DNA from: the human T2T-CHM13v2.0 reference genome, Homo sapiens | NCBI RefSeq assembly: GCF_009914755.1 | Contig: NC_060927.1 | Length of the DNA: 64,000 nt | Direction: 5' to 3' (one strand) | Shown: in pieces, positions 40,887 through 54,998 of the stretch | How the letters are laid out: each line of letters begins with the position of its first letter | Position numbering within the stretch: position 1 is the first letter of the stretch | Made by a program: the position numbers and the translations under genes | The notes under the pieces: generated by a model | Database searches by the model: none | Told to the model about the DNA's origin: nothing | The model's input: the letters and a program-made list of their open reading frames with translations, nothing else

Positions 40887-43800
40887 ACTGTGCATAGAAA
40901 ACAGGCTTTTTGAAGTTATTTTTAACAGCACCAGGTCCCACGTGATTGATGGCCAAAATTATTGAATAATTTAAATATACGAGGGAGAGACACACATTCC
41001 ACCTCAATCAATCATTATACTGCTCAAGCCTTTCCAGTGGCTGATTTTCCCTGCTTGGACCAAAGGGTCTCAGGTATCTTGCCTTCCTTTCTTCCTTCCT
41101 TCCTTCTGCTCAATCAATGACATATCCTATGTCCACAATTATTTTCAATTACTAATTTAAATGATAACTGAAATCATTCTAGATTAGATTTAATTTATAA
41201 CTGGCAGCCATAGTTTTTCTTCTAATCATGCATTTGAGGAAACCGTGGTCCAAAAATCAGGAGAAAGATGAAACACACACAAACATGCATACACATATAG
41301 ATAGATAGATAAGAGTGGAAAACCAATAATGTTTTTTAAATTATCTAATAAAATACAATGCTAACTAGTCATAAAAGGCATGTGAAACATGAGATACATT
41401 AATCTGATACATATATATGTCTAAGACTCATGAGAAGCTAGGAAATGATAGTAACATGCACTAAAGTCTAGGGACAATGGGTAAGACTAGAACACTGCAA
41501 AGGCTTGAGGAGTACATTGATTGAACTGGTACTTCCTTCTTCACAGAAGTTATAGCTATCCAGTATATACACGAAATCTAACTTAGAAGGAATTCGGCAA
41601 TAACAGAATAACAGACTTAAAAAGAATAGGTAGTTGGGAATTTCAGGAAAGGAAGGGGAAACTCTAGCAAACAATTGTGCAGTAACCTTGCCATTATCAT
41701 CCTCATCTTTAATATCAAAAACTATTCAAATAAATATATGAAGCTCTGCCCTATGTCATTTGGAAAAAAATACATGGTCTGCATCCTAATATTGTAATGG
41801 GAAAAGAGAATATTATAAACTCTTATAAATAAGGAGTAAATTACTAGATTGATTGATAAATCTCTGAAGGTAGAACCACAGTTAACCCATCACTGGTTGC
41901 TCCAATGTTCCAAATACCCTTTCACAGGAGGCTTTCAAGCAATGTTTCTTGCTGAGCTTTAAGAACAATGAATGAGTCACTCAGGAGATTAAATCTTTGC
42001 ACCGGACATCAAGTGAGTGAAAAGCATTTCTACTGGAACCAAAGGATAAGTCACAGCATGGGAACTGGCCACCATTTGAAAATTGTTTCAGGAAAGTGTA
42101 TGAGAAGGCATAAAGAAGGTGATTGTTTTCAAAAAACGTTATCTTCCCAACAATCCATCCCCAAGATAACATGTACATTGGTTACATTTAAAACATATAA
42201 ATGTGTTCCAAGAAGCTCTAAATTATTTTTGAAAACTCACTCATTCAGTAAAAATTTACTGAGTACCTCTTCGGTGCTGGGATTACAATTCTAGAGGGAG
42301 GTGGAGGTGGTGATGAGATTGTCAGGAGACTGATAATCCCCGTACTCATAGAGTTTATCAACTATTGCGAGTGACACCTTGTTTAAATGAGTATGGGGTA
42401 TTTATAAATTGCCCACATGAAAGGTACAGTAGAGGGTAGACGTTTCTATGAAAGCCTAAATGAGAACAGTCCTCATCAGGAAGGTTAGGGAAAACTTCTC
42501 TGAGGAATTGGGGTACAGAGGAAGAAAAGAAGAGATGAAATAATGAGGTGTGTGTATGTGCTGCAGAGTGAGGGAAGGAAATTTTCCTAGTGTAGACAAG
42601 TACTTGGTATGGATTTATTAGGTGGCAGATAGGCTTGTGAGTAGCTAATGTCTGGACACCACTCCCCCATCAACTACTACTTATCTCCATGCTGTCCCAG
42701 GACCCCACCACACCTCTCTGGAGCCAACCAAAAGGCTCAGCAGAGGGCCTCCAGAATTCTGCTCTAGCCCATGTCACTTTGGATTGATCAGTATGCATGC
42801 CCTACTGCTGGTTAAATATTTTAACAATCACCTCTGGGCATAGGAAATAGAATATGCAAAGGCCCTGTGGCTTAGGTGCTCATGGTATGTTTTTGCTCTC
42901 GGGTTGCACAAACAGAAAGAAGACTAAAGAGATGAAATACACGTGGCAAAGCTCAGCGTGGTATGAAATGAGACTGCAGATGTATGGGGGTCAATCTTGT
43001 ATGTCTGGCTAAGGGTATTAGTCGCAGAATAATACCCTTGAAAGGTTAACTGCAAGTTTAATCAGGGAGGTGAATTAATCATATTTGAAATAAACATTCA
43101 AATTAGAAATATTATAATCTGTGTCTGGCTTAACAAGATGAAAAGAGAACACATTTTGCAACATACCAATGTTACTCTCACCCACAAATTCGTAGAAATT
43201 AGAAACTAGAAAACAATAGACAAAGAATTTGATTTAAAAGAAAAGATATGTTAATATCATATAATATTCATTTATACGTACACACATGCATACACTGTAA
43301 AAGGTTTGAAGATAAAAAGAGATGTCATTCAGGAAGTTTTTTTTAAATTATGTTGCTTATTTTTAATCAATGTTAAAGTAGGACATTGGCTTTATAAATA
43401 ATGAAGGTAATTAATACTATCACAATCTGACTTCTCAGCATTGCCATGTATCGTCACGGAGAGAGGTGACATATTAAAGCTCTCCCCACTTCTGAAATCA
43501 CAAAGCTAAAATAAATACAAAGGAAGCTACTGAAGCAAGACAAATACAAATCAAAATATCATCTGCTACAATAAGAATATTCTACTATTCACAGGAATGT
43601 TTTAAGCCAAAGAAAAAATAGATAACCTTTAGAATTTTCCGTGCTAATAGACATTTGCATTTAAGGGCTAAAGCTTAATATATTCACAACACGTTCTCAT
43701 GGCAATCTTTAAATAGCCCCCAAATTTAATGCATATTGACAACTGTACTATCTATTCTTAATGTCAGCTGAGCTAAAAAATGCTAGACCTTGGACTCAAA

Positions 43801-46379
43801 ACCAAAAATGCTCTAAATAGTTGTGCCTGGTTGCTCTAAAAGAAGGAAGAAACCATTTGTGGCTAGTCATATACTTTACAAAACTGCTACTAAGACTGCA
43901 GATATCATGAAATATTGATATGTATTTATTATTTTTAATGTATACAGACAACCTTGAATATCATCTTGGCAAATGCTGAGAGTTACATTTCTTTATGTGG
44001 AGAAAGTTTAGGTGTGAGAATGATTTGGCAACATTTCTTTCAGATAACATGTACCTAACAAACATTTTCTTTCTCAAAGAGAAAAACCCTACAGCAATTT
44101 TAACTGTAAGGATTGCTTAATACACCACCCTCTCTTGCATCTACAAAAAGTCATCTCCAATTTCGATACTTCAGAAATGAATTATATTTATGAATATATA
44201 TTATTCCTAATCTTCACCAAAAAAAAAACTTGAGCAGCTTACCGACATTTATTATAGTAAAATATTCAATTATTAGTGGATAAAAGTTTGATACCTTTGG
44301 GTGTTGTACTGTGAATCTTCTAGAACTTACATTAACTCACTCTCATGGTATGCAACCACACTAGCATGGTAGTCAACTAGTTAATGAGTATACTGGCTTG
44401 TTGAGACTGTGTATCCTGTCAGATCAGAAATCATGCATCACATAACTGATTTGTTCATTCATAGTCACTCACTCATTCACTCATCCATAATCTTCACATC
44501 TTCCAGAGATGTAGTTCATCCATTCTGCATGCTGACCCTGCCTCCCTCCTGCCGAAAACTGGCCAGATAGGTAATCAAAGTTACATGAACTCTGGGCTCC
44601 AAATCCAAAATTCTTAAACAGCTCACCCATCTTTCCTGCACTTCACAAGTGTTCAGCAGCAAAGAAGGAAGGATATCATGTGCCCAGTTTGATGTTACCT
44701 TCCATACCCACAGTTCTGTGTTGACCACAGAACAATGGACAAACAGGGTGAATGCCGGCTGGAAGTCATCCCATGCTCCCATGAACACCTACAGCACTTT
44801 ATATTCTCTCCCTTGACCCTCAACACTTCTAACACCTTCTATTGTATTATTTAGATTATGGCTTCTCTCTCCTACTAGATAATAATCTTCAAAAAATAGT
44901 GATTTGTAACCTTTCATAGGTTAAGGTCCCTTTTTAGAATCAGCCAAAACTATGAATGCATCTATCTCTGCAGTCCAAATGCACATAGACAGACATAAGC
45001 TAACTTGTGTGTACTCTATGCTTTATTACACTGAAAAATAATTTCTTTTACATAGGAATCATATGTATATATGTGTATACCTATATAGATATGTGTGTTC
45101 ATGTATGTATATTCAAATATTTCTTGCTTATTTTTCATGCATAAATTAATGAAAATTTTATGAAAATGGAAATAAATCTAAACTATACAAATTGAAGAAA
45201 AGGAAAATCCTGTTCAAAGAAACAAATATTCCTGAGGTTACTGTTGAAAAATTTGACAAATAAGTTTAAATAATGAGATTGTTTTTTATATGGTGAGGTA
45301 TGTCATCTCTGACATTCTGTTAATTTTTGCTTCTGGTCTTCTAGCAATCACTGGACAAAAGTAGTAGCAAACAGAATCAGAGTTCTTGTTGTATGTATAT
45401 TGCAGTAGATGGGGCGGCAATACAAAAATATTGCCAGAACATTCTGAGATGCTATGTGTTGGTTTCAGAGCTTCTTTCAATTTGTCCTCAACTCAAAGAG
45501 ATCTTCTCTGGCAAGACCAACATCACTGATGCTATGCCAGAAAAAAATTACAAAGCTGTTTTTCAATTGATTCCACTAGTTTCAACTAAGTGCAAGCTAA
45601 AGGGACAAGACACAGTTACCTAATCATGCCAACCGACATGCTTCAAAATGTTAGATAACATGTCAACACTTTTTAAGTATACTTTACAAAGGGTTTGCTT
45701 CAATGCTCTTGCTTTGCTTTAAACCTCAAATTAACTTGGCCAATTCCACGTCACACTGCTTTACAAGCCTCTCCGCAATTATGGATGACTATTTGTACTT
45801 GACATGCAATAATGTCGCTTGTAGCATGTTTCAAGACAAGCTTTTTGTTTAAGAGCAAGTCTGAGTTTCAACAGTGTTGCAGGATTTTGAAAGCAAGTCT
45901 TCATCCCTGAAGGAGAACAGCACTGTCTAATGCTTTTCCAAGGTAGCCAAATCTAAGGTGCTTTTTTGGAACATTTTTTAAGTGTCATTATTTTCCTAAA
46001 AATAACCTTTACACATAAAAGGAACTTAGACTTTAGGGTCTTACTACATATAATAATGAAAGGAAAACTAAATGATAAGCAAATTCCATGATCTCTTCTT
46101 TTCCAAGACATCTTCCAAGTTAAACATGAAACAAAATGAACAAAGACAAATTTAAATAATTATAAAGGGTATGTAGATTTTCCTTCCCTTTGATTCAATG
46201 GAAAATTATTCCAGACCTCCTTGTACGATAATGAAGAATGTACCTTTCCTAAGTCTACATAACATTCCTTGCCACCATATATTTACTTAGGATTTAAAAA
46301 TAGCTTTATAATATAATATAATATGAATGTTTTTCTGCAAAGACAATTTTGCAATACCAGGAAGGAAACTAAATAGTAA

Positions 46380-46625
46380 TGTAATAATACTAACTTTTAT
46401 GGAGTGCCCATTATGTGCCAGGCACATTTACCAACTGGAAAATGTAGTGGCAACTCTAAGAATCAATTTTGTTTTAGCTTGACATGTATGTAGGTGCCAT
46501 AAATTCACTTTTAGAATTAACCCACTATAATCCTCACAACCACTCATGGGGATCTTTCTGTTATCACCCCCCATTTTTCAGATAAAGAAATAGAGACACA
46601 GGTGGGTGAACAAATCTGTCAAAGA
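46380..46625. mobile_element. MIR interrupted by a 94-bp non-MIR insert
   Basis: ttatgtgccaggcac [insert 46427-46520] taatcctcacaacc...cccattttcagataaagaaatagagacacag. Confidence 0.75.
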
Positions 46626-47478
46626 GAAATAAAGATAGAAACTGTGTACTTACAACCTATTTTCCCCACACAATAGATACCAATGGAATGCTTAAGTAAT
46701 CAGATCATTAGAGAGCCATAAAGTATAACCTGATATTTTATGTATTTTCAAAGGTCTGTATTAATATAACTGGCAATTGAAAGTTTAATTTCAGTTACTT
46801 CCTCCGTAAAGGGAAAGGACTTGACTATTAACATAAAAATTCCACTGCTTGATTTCAAGCACATGCACTGCAGTAATGCACCATCCCTATAATAGGCACG
46901 AATGTAGAAGAATGCAGCAACTCTCTTTGGGATGAAATGAAAATACTTCAAAGACACAGTAAACCACAAACATAAGGTGCAAAACACTGTGTGAAAAAGA
47001 AATATGGGTATTTTTGTCTCCATATTTGCTGTTTATAGTATATATATATACAGCACATATATTTATAACTATACAAAATAGTTCTTGAATGATATATGAG
47101 ACCTGTTAAAAGCAGCTAACTCTGGGGAGGAAAACTGTGGGGTCAGGAAGAGAATAGAAAGATAAAAATTTTCAATATACAGTCTCTCAAAAATTTTAAA
47201 TATTCTTCAGTGTACATATATCTATTATCCAAAGCATTAATAAACTTTTACAATGGATTAACAATAGAAAAGTAACGTATCTTCCACGTTAAAATATTTC
47301 AAACAGTACAGAGCTCAACACGTGGCACTGAAATTTTGTTTGCATAGTCACTACCTCAGCTGCCTGGGTCACGTGTTTAGAAACTTTACCAACTGGAAAA
47401 TGTAGTGGCAACTCTAAGAATCAATTTTGTTTTAGCTTGACATGTATGTAGGTGCCATAAATTCACTTTTAGAATTAA
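46427..47478. repeat. 94-bp exact direct repeat (46427-46520 and 47385-47478)
   Basis: Base-by-base comparison gives 94/94 identity: tttaccaactggaaaatg...cacttttagaattaa. Confidence 0.97.
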
Positions 47479-47744
47479 AATGTTTTTATATAGTTATCAA
47501 AATAATTTACTTATTATTTGAGTGGTTCCTCAGTCTCATTCTGAAGGTTTTCTGAAACTACTGAGAGGTTACCACTAAGGACAATGTCCCAGTAATCTGC
47601 CACAAAAATTTGTAAAATCATTTATTACACTAGTGTTCACAGTGGTATAAATTATGAAATGAAACATTTTTAAAAGAAAAAAAAACAATTTATTCCTAAA
47701 ATGATAAAATGTGAAAAATCTGTAAACAATATTTTTTTGGGAGT

Positions 47745-48076
47745 TGAATAGAAAAAGGTAAATGAAATGAAAAGTCCTAAAGAGAACTTTTTGGCTTAAA
47801 TAGAAAGAGTTTCAACATTGAGTTCTAACTGTGCACACTAGCCCAGACCATTCTGTTCCTCACCTCATAATCATGGAAGGAGAGTGATCTTGGGGAAAAA
47901 CTCAAATTCACTGAGTAGAAAAAGGTAAATGAAATCAAAAGTGCTAACGAGAACTTTTTGGCTGAAATAGAGTTTCAACACTGAGTTCTAACTGTGCACA
48001 CTAGCCCAGACCATTCTGTTCCTCACCTCATAATCATGGAAGGAGAGTGATCTTGGGGAAAAACTCAAATTCACTG
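47745..48076. repeat. Tandem duplication (167-bp and 163-bp units)
   Basis: Units start at 47745 and 47912; they differ by 6 substitutions and a 4-bp indel. Confidence 0.95.
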
Positions 48077-48229
48077 CATGCCTGCAGCATGTCAGGTATA
48101 AGCACAGAGAAAGAATATTTTAAAATAAATTCATGTCTTCAAGGCACTGACACTCTCAAGTAGCACACTGACCATAAATATAATTATACTACATTTTAAT
48201 AAGAGATTCTAGACTGGAAGACAGAGGTC

Positions 48230-49370
48230 TGTAACAGGATGCTCATGCGAAGTTTCCTGGACCACCAATACTCAGCAGGTATTACATCCCAAAGGGAGGT
48301 GCCAGAAAGAAGTGCAAACATTTAAAGGAGATCCTGCAAAACCATTTGCCTGGTTCTCACAGCTCACTCACATCAGAGTTGTCCAGAGACTGAGTAGAGG
48401 ATTTGAGAAAGGGGTGACTTTGGAAAGAACTCTTCCTCACAGAGAGGAAGGCAGGTACTCCTTTTTAAGTTGCACTTTAAGGTTACACATCAAGGAGACC
48501 ACAGAGAGCTGCCTTTGGAGGGATGCAGTGGTCTGGGATGATACTAAATGAGACCACTAAATGAGAATGAGAGCACGCTGGAGCCAAATAGTGGGTTGCA
48601 ACTGGTGAAGGAAAGGGATTCTCAGAGATGTTAGGGGCACAGAATACATGACGTTTCCTGTGCGCCAGACACACAGGGGTGAGTGCCTGTGGAATGTGGT
48701 TATTATATATCCTGGGATGGAGAACCCCCTTCTGGGGAAAAGAGACCTCACAGAGGAAAGCTAGGGTATCTCTGGACTTGTGGGGGCTGAGAAAGAAGGA
48801 AGTGGCTAGCTGGGGTGGGGAAGAGGGAGAGTGCAGCACTACATTCAGGGAACTGAGGGGGAAATATCCCCAGTGTTTTGGAATCTCAAGTGAACCCATG
48901 GAAGAACCACTGGAAGAAAACGCCAGTTCTGCACTTCTAGCAAGTCCAAAGTGACATGACGCTAAGCCACTACAACAGGATCCATCAAGTTGAACTTGCT
49001 GGTCTCCTTTCTTCTCTTCCGGGCAAAATACTTAGCAGAATTGGAATTACCGAGTTAGGAGGAAGCAGTGTAGGTGAGCTAGGTGAGAAAAGAAGCCAAA
49101 ACATTATTTCTTTAACTGTAGACCTTCGCTCCACACCAGATTAGCACCAGGGAGGGAGATTAGTTTTCCCTTTAAATCAAGTTTTACCTTTTAACTATTA
49201 CATAAGACAGGACGTTTTAATTTTTTTGCTTGAAATTGTATCCCTTACCTAAGCATTATCAGAAGTGGAGTGGGTGGGGCTACCTGAGTTTTCATCTGCA
49301 GCAGGAAAGGAGCTAAGAGAAGAACTCCCATAACAGGCAGGAAAGACTAGAAAGCTGACTTAGGGTTACA
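48230..49370. mobile_element. Probable ancient Gypsy-like solo LTR inserted in an L2 remnant
   Basis: Purine/G-rich 1.14-kb block bounded by TGTAAC...GTTACA, with L2-like sequence on both sides; TSD not clear. Confidence 0.45.
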
Positions 49371-49779
49371 TCTCATGAGTGGTGCTTCTTCCATGTACAG
49401 TTATAGACAGGAAGTACAACCAACAATTAGAAAACGGGGGATATCACAGCACCATCCTAGAACAGGTAGCATCTGAGGTAATTCTTAGAGAAAAAGGTCG
49501 GCTTACCTAGGAGATAAGGAAAGAGATAAACACAGGGACACAGAACACTGGAAAATCTAGACCAGATAGGTGATTCATGAGAGTGAGAGAAATGACTCGG
49601 GGAAAGCCCACAAAGCACTGGGCCGAGGGAGAAGGTTAGAGAAACCCAACGGTTAAGGGTGTGAGCAGAGGAAGATGAACTCCCTTCTGAAGAAGACAAA
49701 AGGAACATTCTGAGAGTCCCAGTATGACTCACATGTGGACTGTGTTAGGAAAGCTAAGGGTGCAGAGTGTTCAGTTCTG

Positions 49780-49995
49780 CAAGAGAGTGACAACATTCAA
49801 ACAGATAGATGTCCTGGGGCTGGGAGTGGGATGGGGCATAACTGCAAATGGGCATGAAGGTTCCTTCTAGTATGATGGAAACATTCCAAAACAGGATGTT
49901 GTGATGGTCGACCATCAAAGTTACTAAGGCACTGAATTGTACACTAATAAGAGTGAATTTAATGGCATGTAAACTTTACCTCAATAAATGTTTTA
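49780..49995 (+). mobile_element. L1MB-type 3' end fragment
   Basis: actgcaaatgggcatgaagg...tgatggaaacattcc...ctgaattgtacact...tacctcaataaa. Confidence 0.7.
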
Positions 49996-50319
49996 AGTCA
50001 TAAAGAAACAGAAAAAACAGGAGAAGGAGGGATAAAGAGAGGGAGAGAGGAAAGAGGAAGGAAGGAGAGAAAATTAATTTGCTAAATAAATGCTTTTCGT
50101 GATGTTATCAAGCCCAGATTCAGTGGAGTCTTTGGGAAGGATCAGCCACATAGTGGTGGGTAGATGTGTGAATAATGGGTGAAGAACCAGAGAAACAGAA
50201 AGAATCAGCTATTCTTTCAATAAGTGAGAATGAGAGAGATGGGATCATGGCTAGAAATGGGTAGAGGGTAAAGAGACAGCCATGATTAATGGTTTTCAGT
50301 TGGAAAATTCCTGAGCATA

Positions 50320-50830
50320 CAGTAGACCCCCTTATCTGTGGGGCATACATTCCAAGACCCCCTGGTGGATGCTTGAAACTGCAGATAGTACCAAACCTTA
50401 TGTATACTTTATTCTTTCCTATATATACATACCTATGATAAAGTTTAATTTAGAAATAAGACAGAGATGAACAACAATAATCAAATAGAACAATTATAGA
50501 AATCCACTGTAATAAAAATAAAACAAGGGTGATTTGAACACAACACTGCAATATGGCAACAGTTGACTTGATCATTGAGATGACTCCTAAGTGACTCACA
50601 GGTGGGGAGCGTCCACAGCGTGGGTCCCCTGGATAAAGAAAGGATTCAATTCCTCAGCCAGGAAATAGCAGGATGGTGTGAGATTTCATCACACTGCTCG
50701 GAATGGAATGCAATCTAAAACTTATGAATTGTTCATTTCTGGAATTTTCCATTTAATATTTTTGGACTACAGCTGACGTTGGGTAACTGAAACCACAGAA
50801 AATGATACCTTAGATAAGGGGGGACTACTG
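50320..50830. mobile_element. MER44 (Tigger7-derived) element
   Basis: TA|cagtagacccccttatc ... gataaggggggactactg|TA terminal inverted repeats with typical internal sequence. Confidence 0.88.
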
Positions 50831-51792
50831 TATTCATAAAGTGAGAAGGAAAATTCAAAATGCAAGAAGAAAAAGGTCTGATTTTTCTAGAGGGAAGAGT
50901 CTTCTCAGGATTAACTTGCATGATAATGATTCCACCTTAGCCAAAATCACATAAGCAAAGTCAAAAGTATGCTGAAAAGGGAATAGAAGTGATGAACCCT
51001 ATCCCATGGCCAAAACAGAAAAGCTGGCTCTGGGATGGAGGCATTTTCTGGAGAACCATCAGGCTCGTCTTGGAGGCTCCTTATCAGTGTCTCCAAGAGG
51101 TCACAGAAATGATGATGCCTGGCCAGTGCCAGATGCTCAGCATGTCCTATGTGCCTGTGGTTGTATTTTCATATTCATAGGTAAATTAATTTAGAAACCA
51201 TAGTTTGATTTTATAGAGTCACTCCATTTTGAGGAGCTCTGGAAACCAACTGCGTACTACCACCACACTTCCTTCTCTTAACTCTGAAACTACTCAGGGA
51301 GCTCTCTTAGGCTAAACATACAAGCAAACATGCTCAAAGCACTCAGATACATTTAGGAGCACTAATAACTAAACATAATACTAATGCAGCACTTCAGAGG
51401 ATCGCTTTACTCCCCAAGATATCCAAACCACAATTCTGGTACTATGGGTGGTAGGTAGATAATAATGGCAAACACTCAGATTGAACATGTGCCAGGCAAT
51501 ACTCTAACTGCTTTTATAAATATGCACACATGTTATGTCATTTACTACCACCACCCCCATGTTACAGATGAAATAACTGAGGTAGAAAAACATTAACCAA
51601 CATTCCCAATTTCATACAGATGCCTGAATCTAGTATTTCCTAGTCAATCCCTGGGTATTATTATTTGGCTTAATCTGTTTCAGGTTTACCCTAAGGCTTG
51701 GGAAGAAAGTGGTCCTCTGAAGCTTTGTATTTTTGTTCAAAGCCTAGAGAGGCATAAATGCAAAAATGAGGTAATATTTTTGAGCTCTAGTG

Positions 51793-52015
51793 CAGAGATT
51801 CTCCATTGAGAGTGACCTGGGCTCCCAGCAGACACTCAACAATATCTGAGGATGTTTTGGGTAGCCACTTGCTGGGGAGGGATACAGATGAGCTACTGGC
51901 ACCTAGGGGTTAGGGTTTAGTGATACCACTAAATACTCTGCCATACCACAGGACAGCCACCCACTGCAAACAATTATCCAGCCCAAATGACAATCATGTC
52001 AAGGTGAGAATCCCA
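51793..52015. mobile_element. MER20 hAT-Charlie
   Basis: gctactggcacctag...cacaggacagcc...aattatccagcccaaatg..aaggtgagaatccc. Confidence 0.75.
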
Positions 52016-52792
52016 ACTTCAGAGCAGCTTAGCATCATCAGAAGACTGGAGAATCAGCTACCATCCAGCCTGGCTACTTTCTGTTCGGAACTTTACCAAA
52101 GAAAGGACACACTTCATCCTTCACATGTTCTGCTCTCATACAACCAGGAGTCTTCTGGGAAAACAGGATCTAAGAGCTTGGTGCACTTCTTAAAACTGAC
52201 CTTTTTACCATGTGAAATTCCAAACAAATTAAAAGTAAACAGAATAGCACGAGCCCCTTATGCCCATCACCCAACTTAAAAAAATCAATATTAATATTTT
52301 GCTATTCTTGTTTTGTCTACAGCTCCACTCACCCTCTCATATCCCCACTTTATTATTTTTTTTCATTATTTGCACACAGGTTTTATGTAATTTGCTTACA
52401 TCAAAATGTAAAAATCTTATCTGTACCATTTTTTAAACATGGAATCTTAAAGAACTATTTTTATTGTAAAATACAGCAAAGATCTTTCCATTTTATGTTA
52501 AGCTTCTAAGTCAGTGTTTCTCAAACTGTAGGTTGTGTTTAAGATGCTGTATGTAGAGTTTTTGTTTGTTTTAAACAAATGAAGTAGAATAGAACAGAAA
52601 CTATTCAGATATACTGAATTTAATGAGTTAGCACTGCTTTGTAAAATGATGCTATAGAAGTGCAATGTACTGTTAAGTATTGAGCCCTAAAATAACTTGT
52701 GTTTCTTACTAAGAGAACATTTTTAAATGTATAAGAGGCAGAATGACTTACAGTTAAGTATGATATATACATATGTAGTCTTGGGCGAGTTA

Positions 52793-52872
52793 TTAGATTG
52801 GTGCAAAAGTAATTGCGGTTTTTGCCATTGACCATAATGGCAAAAACAACAGTTACTTTTGCACCAACCTAA
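52793..52872. mobile_element. MADE1 (Hsmar1 mariner MITE), full 80 bp, inserted in a MIR
   Basis: ttagattggtgcaaaagtaattgcggtttttgccatt - gaccat - aatggcaaaaacaacagttacttttgcaccaacctaa; near-perfect palindrome preceded by TA. Confidence 0.95.
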
Positions 52873-54998
52873 ATACTTAAACCTCTTTAGACTTTAAATT
52901 TTACAACAGTAAAATGGGAATGGTATGCACATAAATTGGTTATAAGAATTAAGACTGTGATTACATGCTGAGCTGGTATTTGAGTTGTGATGGTTACTGC
53001 TATGATTTCAAAAAAATTAAATATAATTGACACCTTGTCTGGAGATAAAGTCTTAAATAAAGCATGGACTCAAACCTAGGTCTCTAACTCATTTTGAAGA
53101 GACAAACGCTGCTTACATCTTTTTGTTTAAACACTTGTTCAGCTTACCTGTGTTTTTAAAATTTGCTTTATCACAGCAAATTGAGTGATTTTGACACCTT
53201 TTTGAAATGCTAATCATGGCTATGAATAGTTATCTGCTTAGAATTCACACCTATTAGGGGCTGTATCTAGGTGTATAAAACATTCACTCTATCAACACAG
53301 AAGTGTAAATCTAAATTGGGGCAAACTGTGATAGCAGCTTGAATTTACACCCACAGTATCAACTTCAGCTGAGGAAAGATGGGAGAAGTACTCCCAAACT
53401 CATGCAGCAACAAGCCACCATTTGTTTTTATACAAATAGCAATGATTCACGATGCTAGCATAAAACACAATGGGAGGGAGAGAGAGGGAAAGACACAAAC
53501 TGACTGCCTGTATGTAATGATCTGCAGATACACCTGAGTCTGATAGGCCAGCTACAAAAGCATATGGAGGGTGGAGACTGAGAACAGGAGTGTGTGAGCA
53601 CATCCAACTCAGCCTTGAGGGCTGTCAATGCGATACAATGCGAGCCTGGGGCTGCCAGACAGCCTGATTGTGAACTGCCAGACTGACTGTGAACTCTTTA
53701 TTTCAGAAGACCCTGGACTTCCAGAGTTTTCTAATGAGATCTTTCAGTTTTTATTTTTGTAATATATTTTTTGATCTCCCAATTTTTAACCTTAGCAAGC
53801 CACGTTTTGAAGTCGAAAATCACAACTTCAAGACATTCGTGACGACCAAACCAAATATATCTGCAACTCAGCTGCAGCCCGTCTTGAAACCTCTAACCAA
53901 AATGTATTTTCCCATCTAAAATTCTAAAACCTAGGGTTGGTCACTCCATTGCTCCAGAAGAAATATGCAACACTACGTATTAGAAACAATTCAATATTTT
54001 CCTCTATTCAGGAATAAAATTTTTTAAAAAAATTTCTTACTCTTTTTACTGAAAGAAGTGGGACACTGAGAGACAGGACGCATCTCTTTCACTTTTCAGA
54101 AAAAGACATCTCTGTTATGTAAGAAGGTATTACATTTTATTTACGGAGATGGTCCTCATTCATCCCTGAATGAGCTCCCATGTAAGAACCAAAACTTTGC
54201 AACAAATGTTCAGAGGGTCCCAAAAACGGTGCCAGATTGGAGATCTCCTTAGCCCTGTGTCAACAGGATGCCGTAGGCCACAGAAGCCTCCCCTCAGTAC
54301 CTCAGTACCATACAGATATTAACCTTTTCTAATTGTACCCTATACTAAATATTAGGAAGGTATTTGTAACTACTAGCAGGAAAAGTTTGAGGACCTTAAT
54401 GAAAACACTAAAGTGAAACTGAGAGTTGACACATTTCAGATCACACAATAGTAATCAATGTGGTTTCATTTCCCCCACTTCCCAAGACAGATTTAGGAGA
54501 CAAAATTGAATTTACTAAAAAGCAACAGTAGAGATCCAACTCTGAATACCAGACCAGTGTTGTTTCTTCGGTACCTAGAACTCTGCCTGGACGAATACAT
54601 TTGTAATAAATATGCTCCTGGAATGAACTTGGCAATTTCTGGTTTGTTCAGAGCATGGACTCCACTTACTTCCTGCTTACTTAGACCCTCCGATAAGGTA
54701 CTACCATGTGGACATTTGGAGACATTTTATTTTGTAGGAGCAGAACAAGTTCCCTTCACCAAGCCTATTATTTCAGAGTAACAAAAACAAGTGGAAGTTT
54801 TCACAAACACATATTCCAATTTTCTCAAGGTACTTAGAATCTGAGGATATTAAAGAACCAGGTAGGCCTTATAAATCAGAGCAGAGTGCCAGAGGGGTGG
54901 TGGCACTGAGCTGCCAGGTGCCTACCCACTCACTAAAGAGGGACGGCTACTTCTCCGTTTTAGACAATTATTGCAAACCTGTCATACTTTCATTTAAA

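Noticed and set aside
46427-48076. Direct repeats as a CRISPR-like array
   Set aside because: Only two copies each, wrong lengths, no spacer periodicity, no cas genes, mammalian context.
48312-49732. Cluster of 60-140 aa ORFs on both strands
   Set aside because: No recognisable domain or splice chain; explained by GC-richer repeat sequence.
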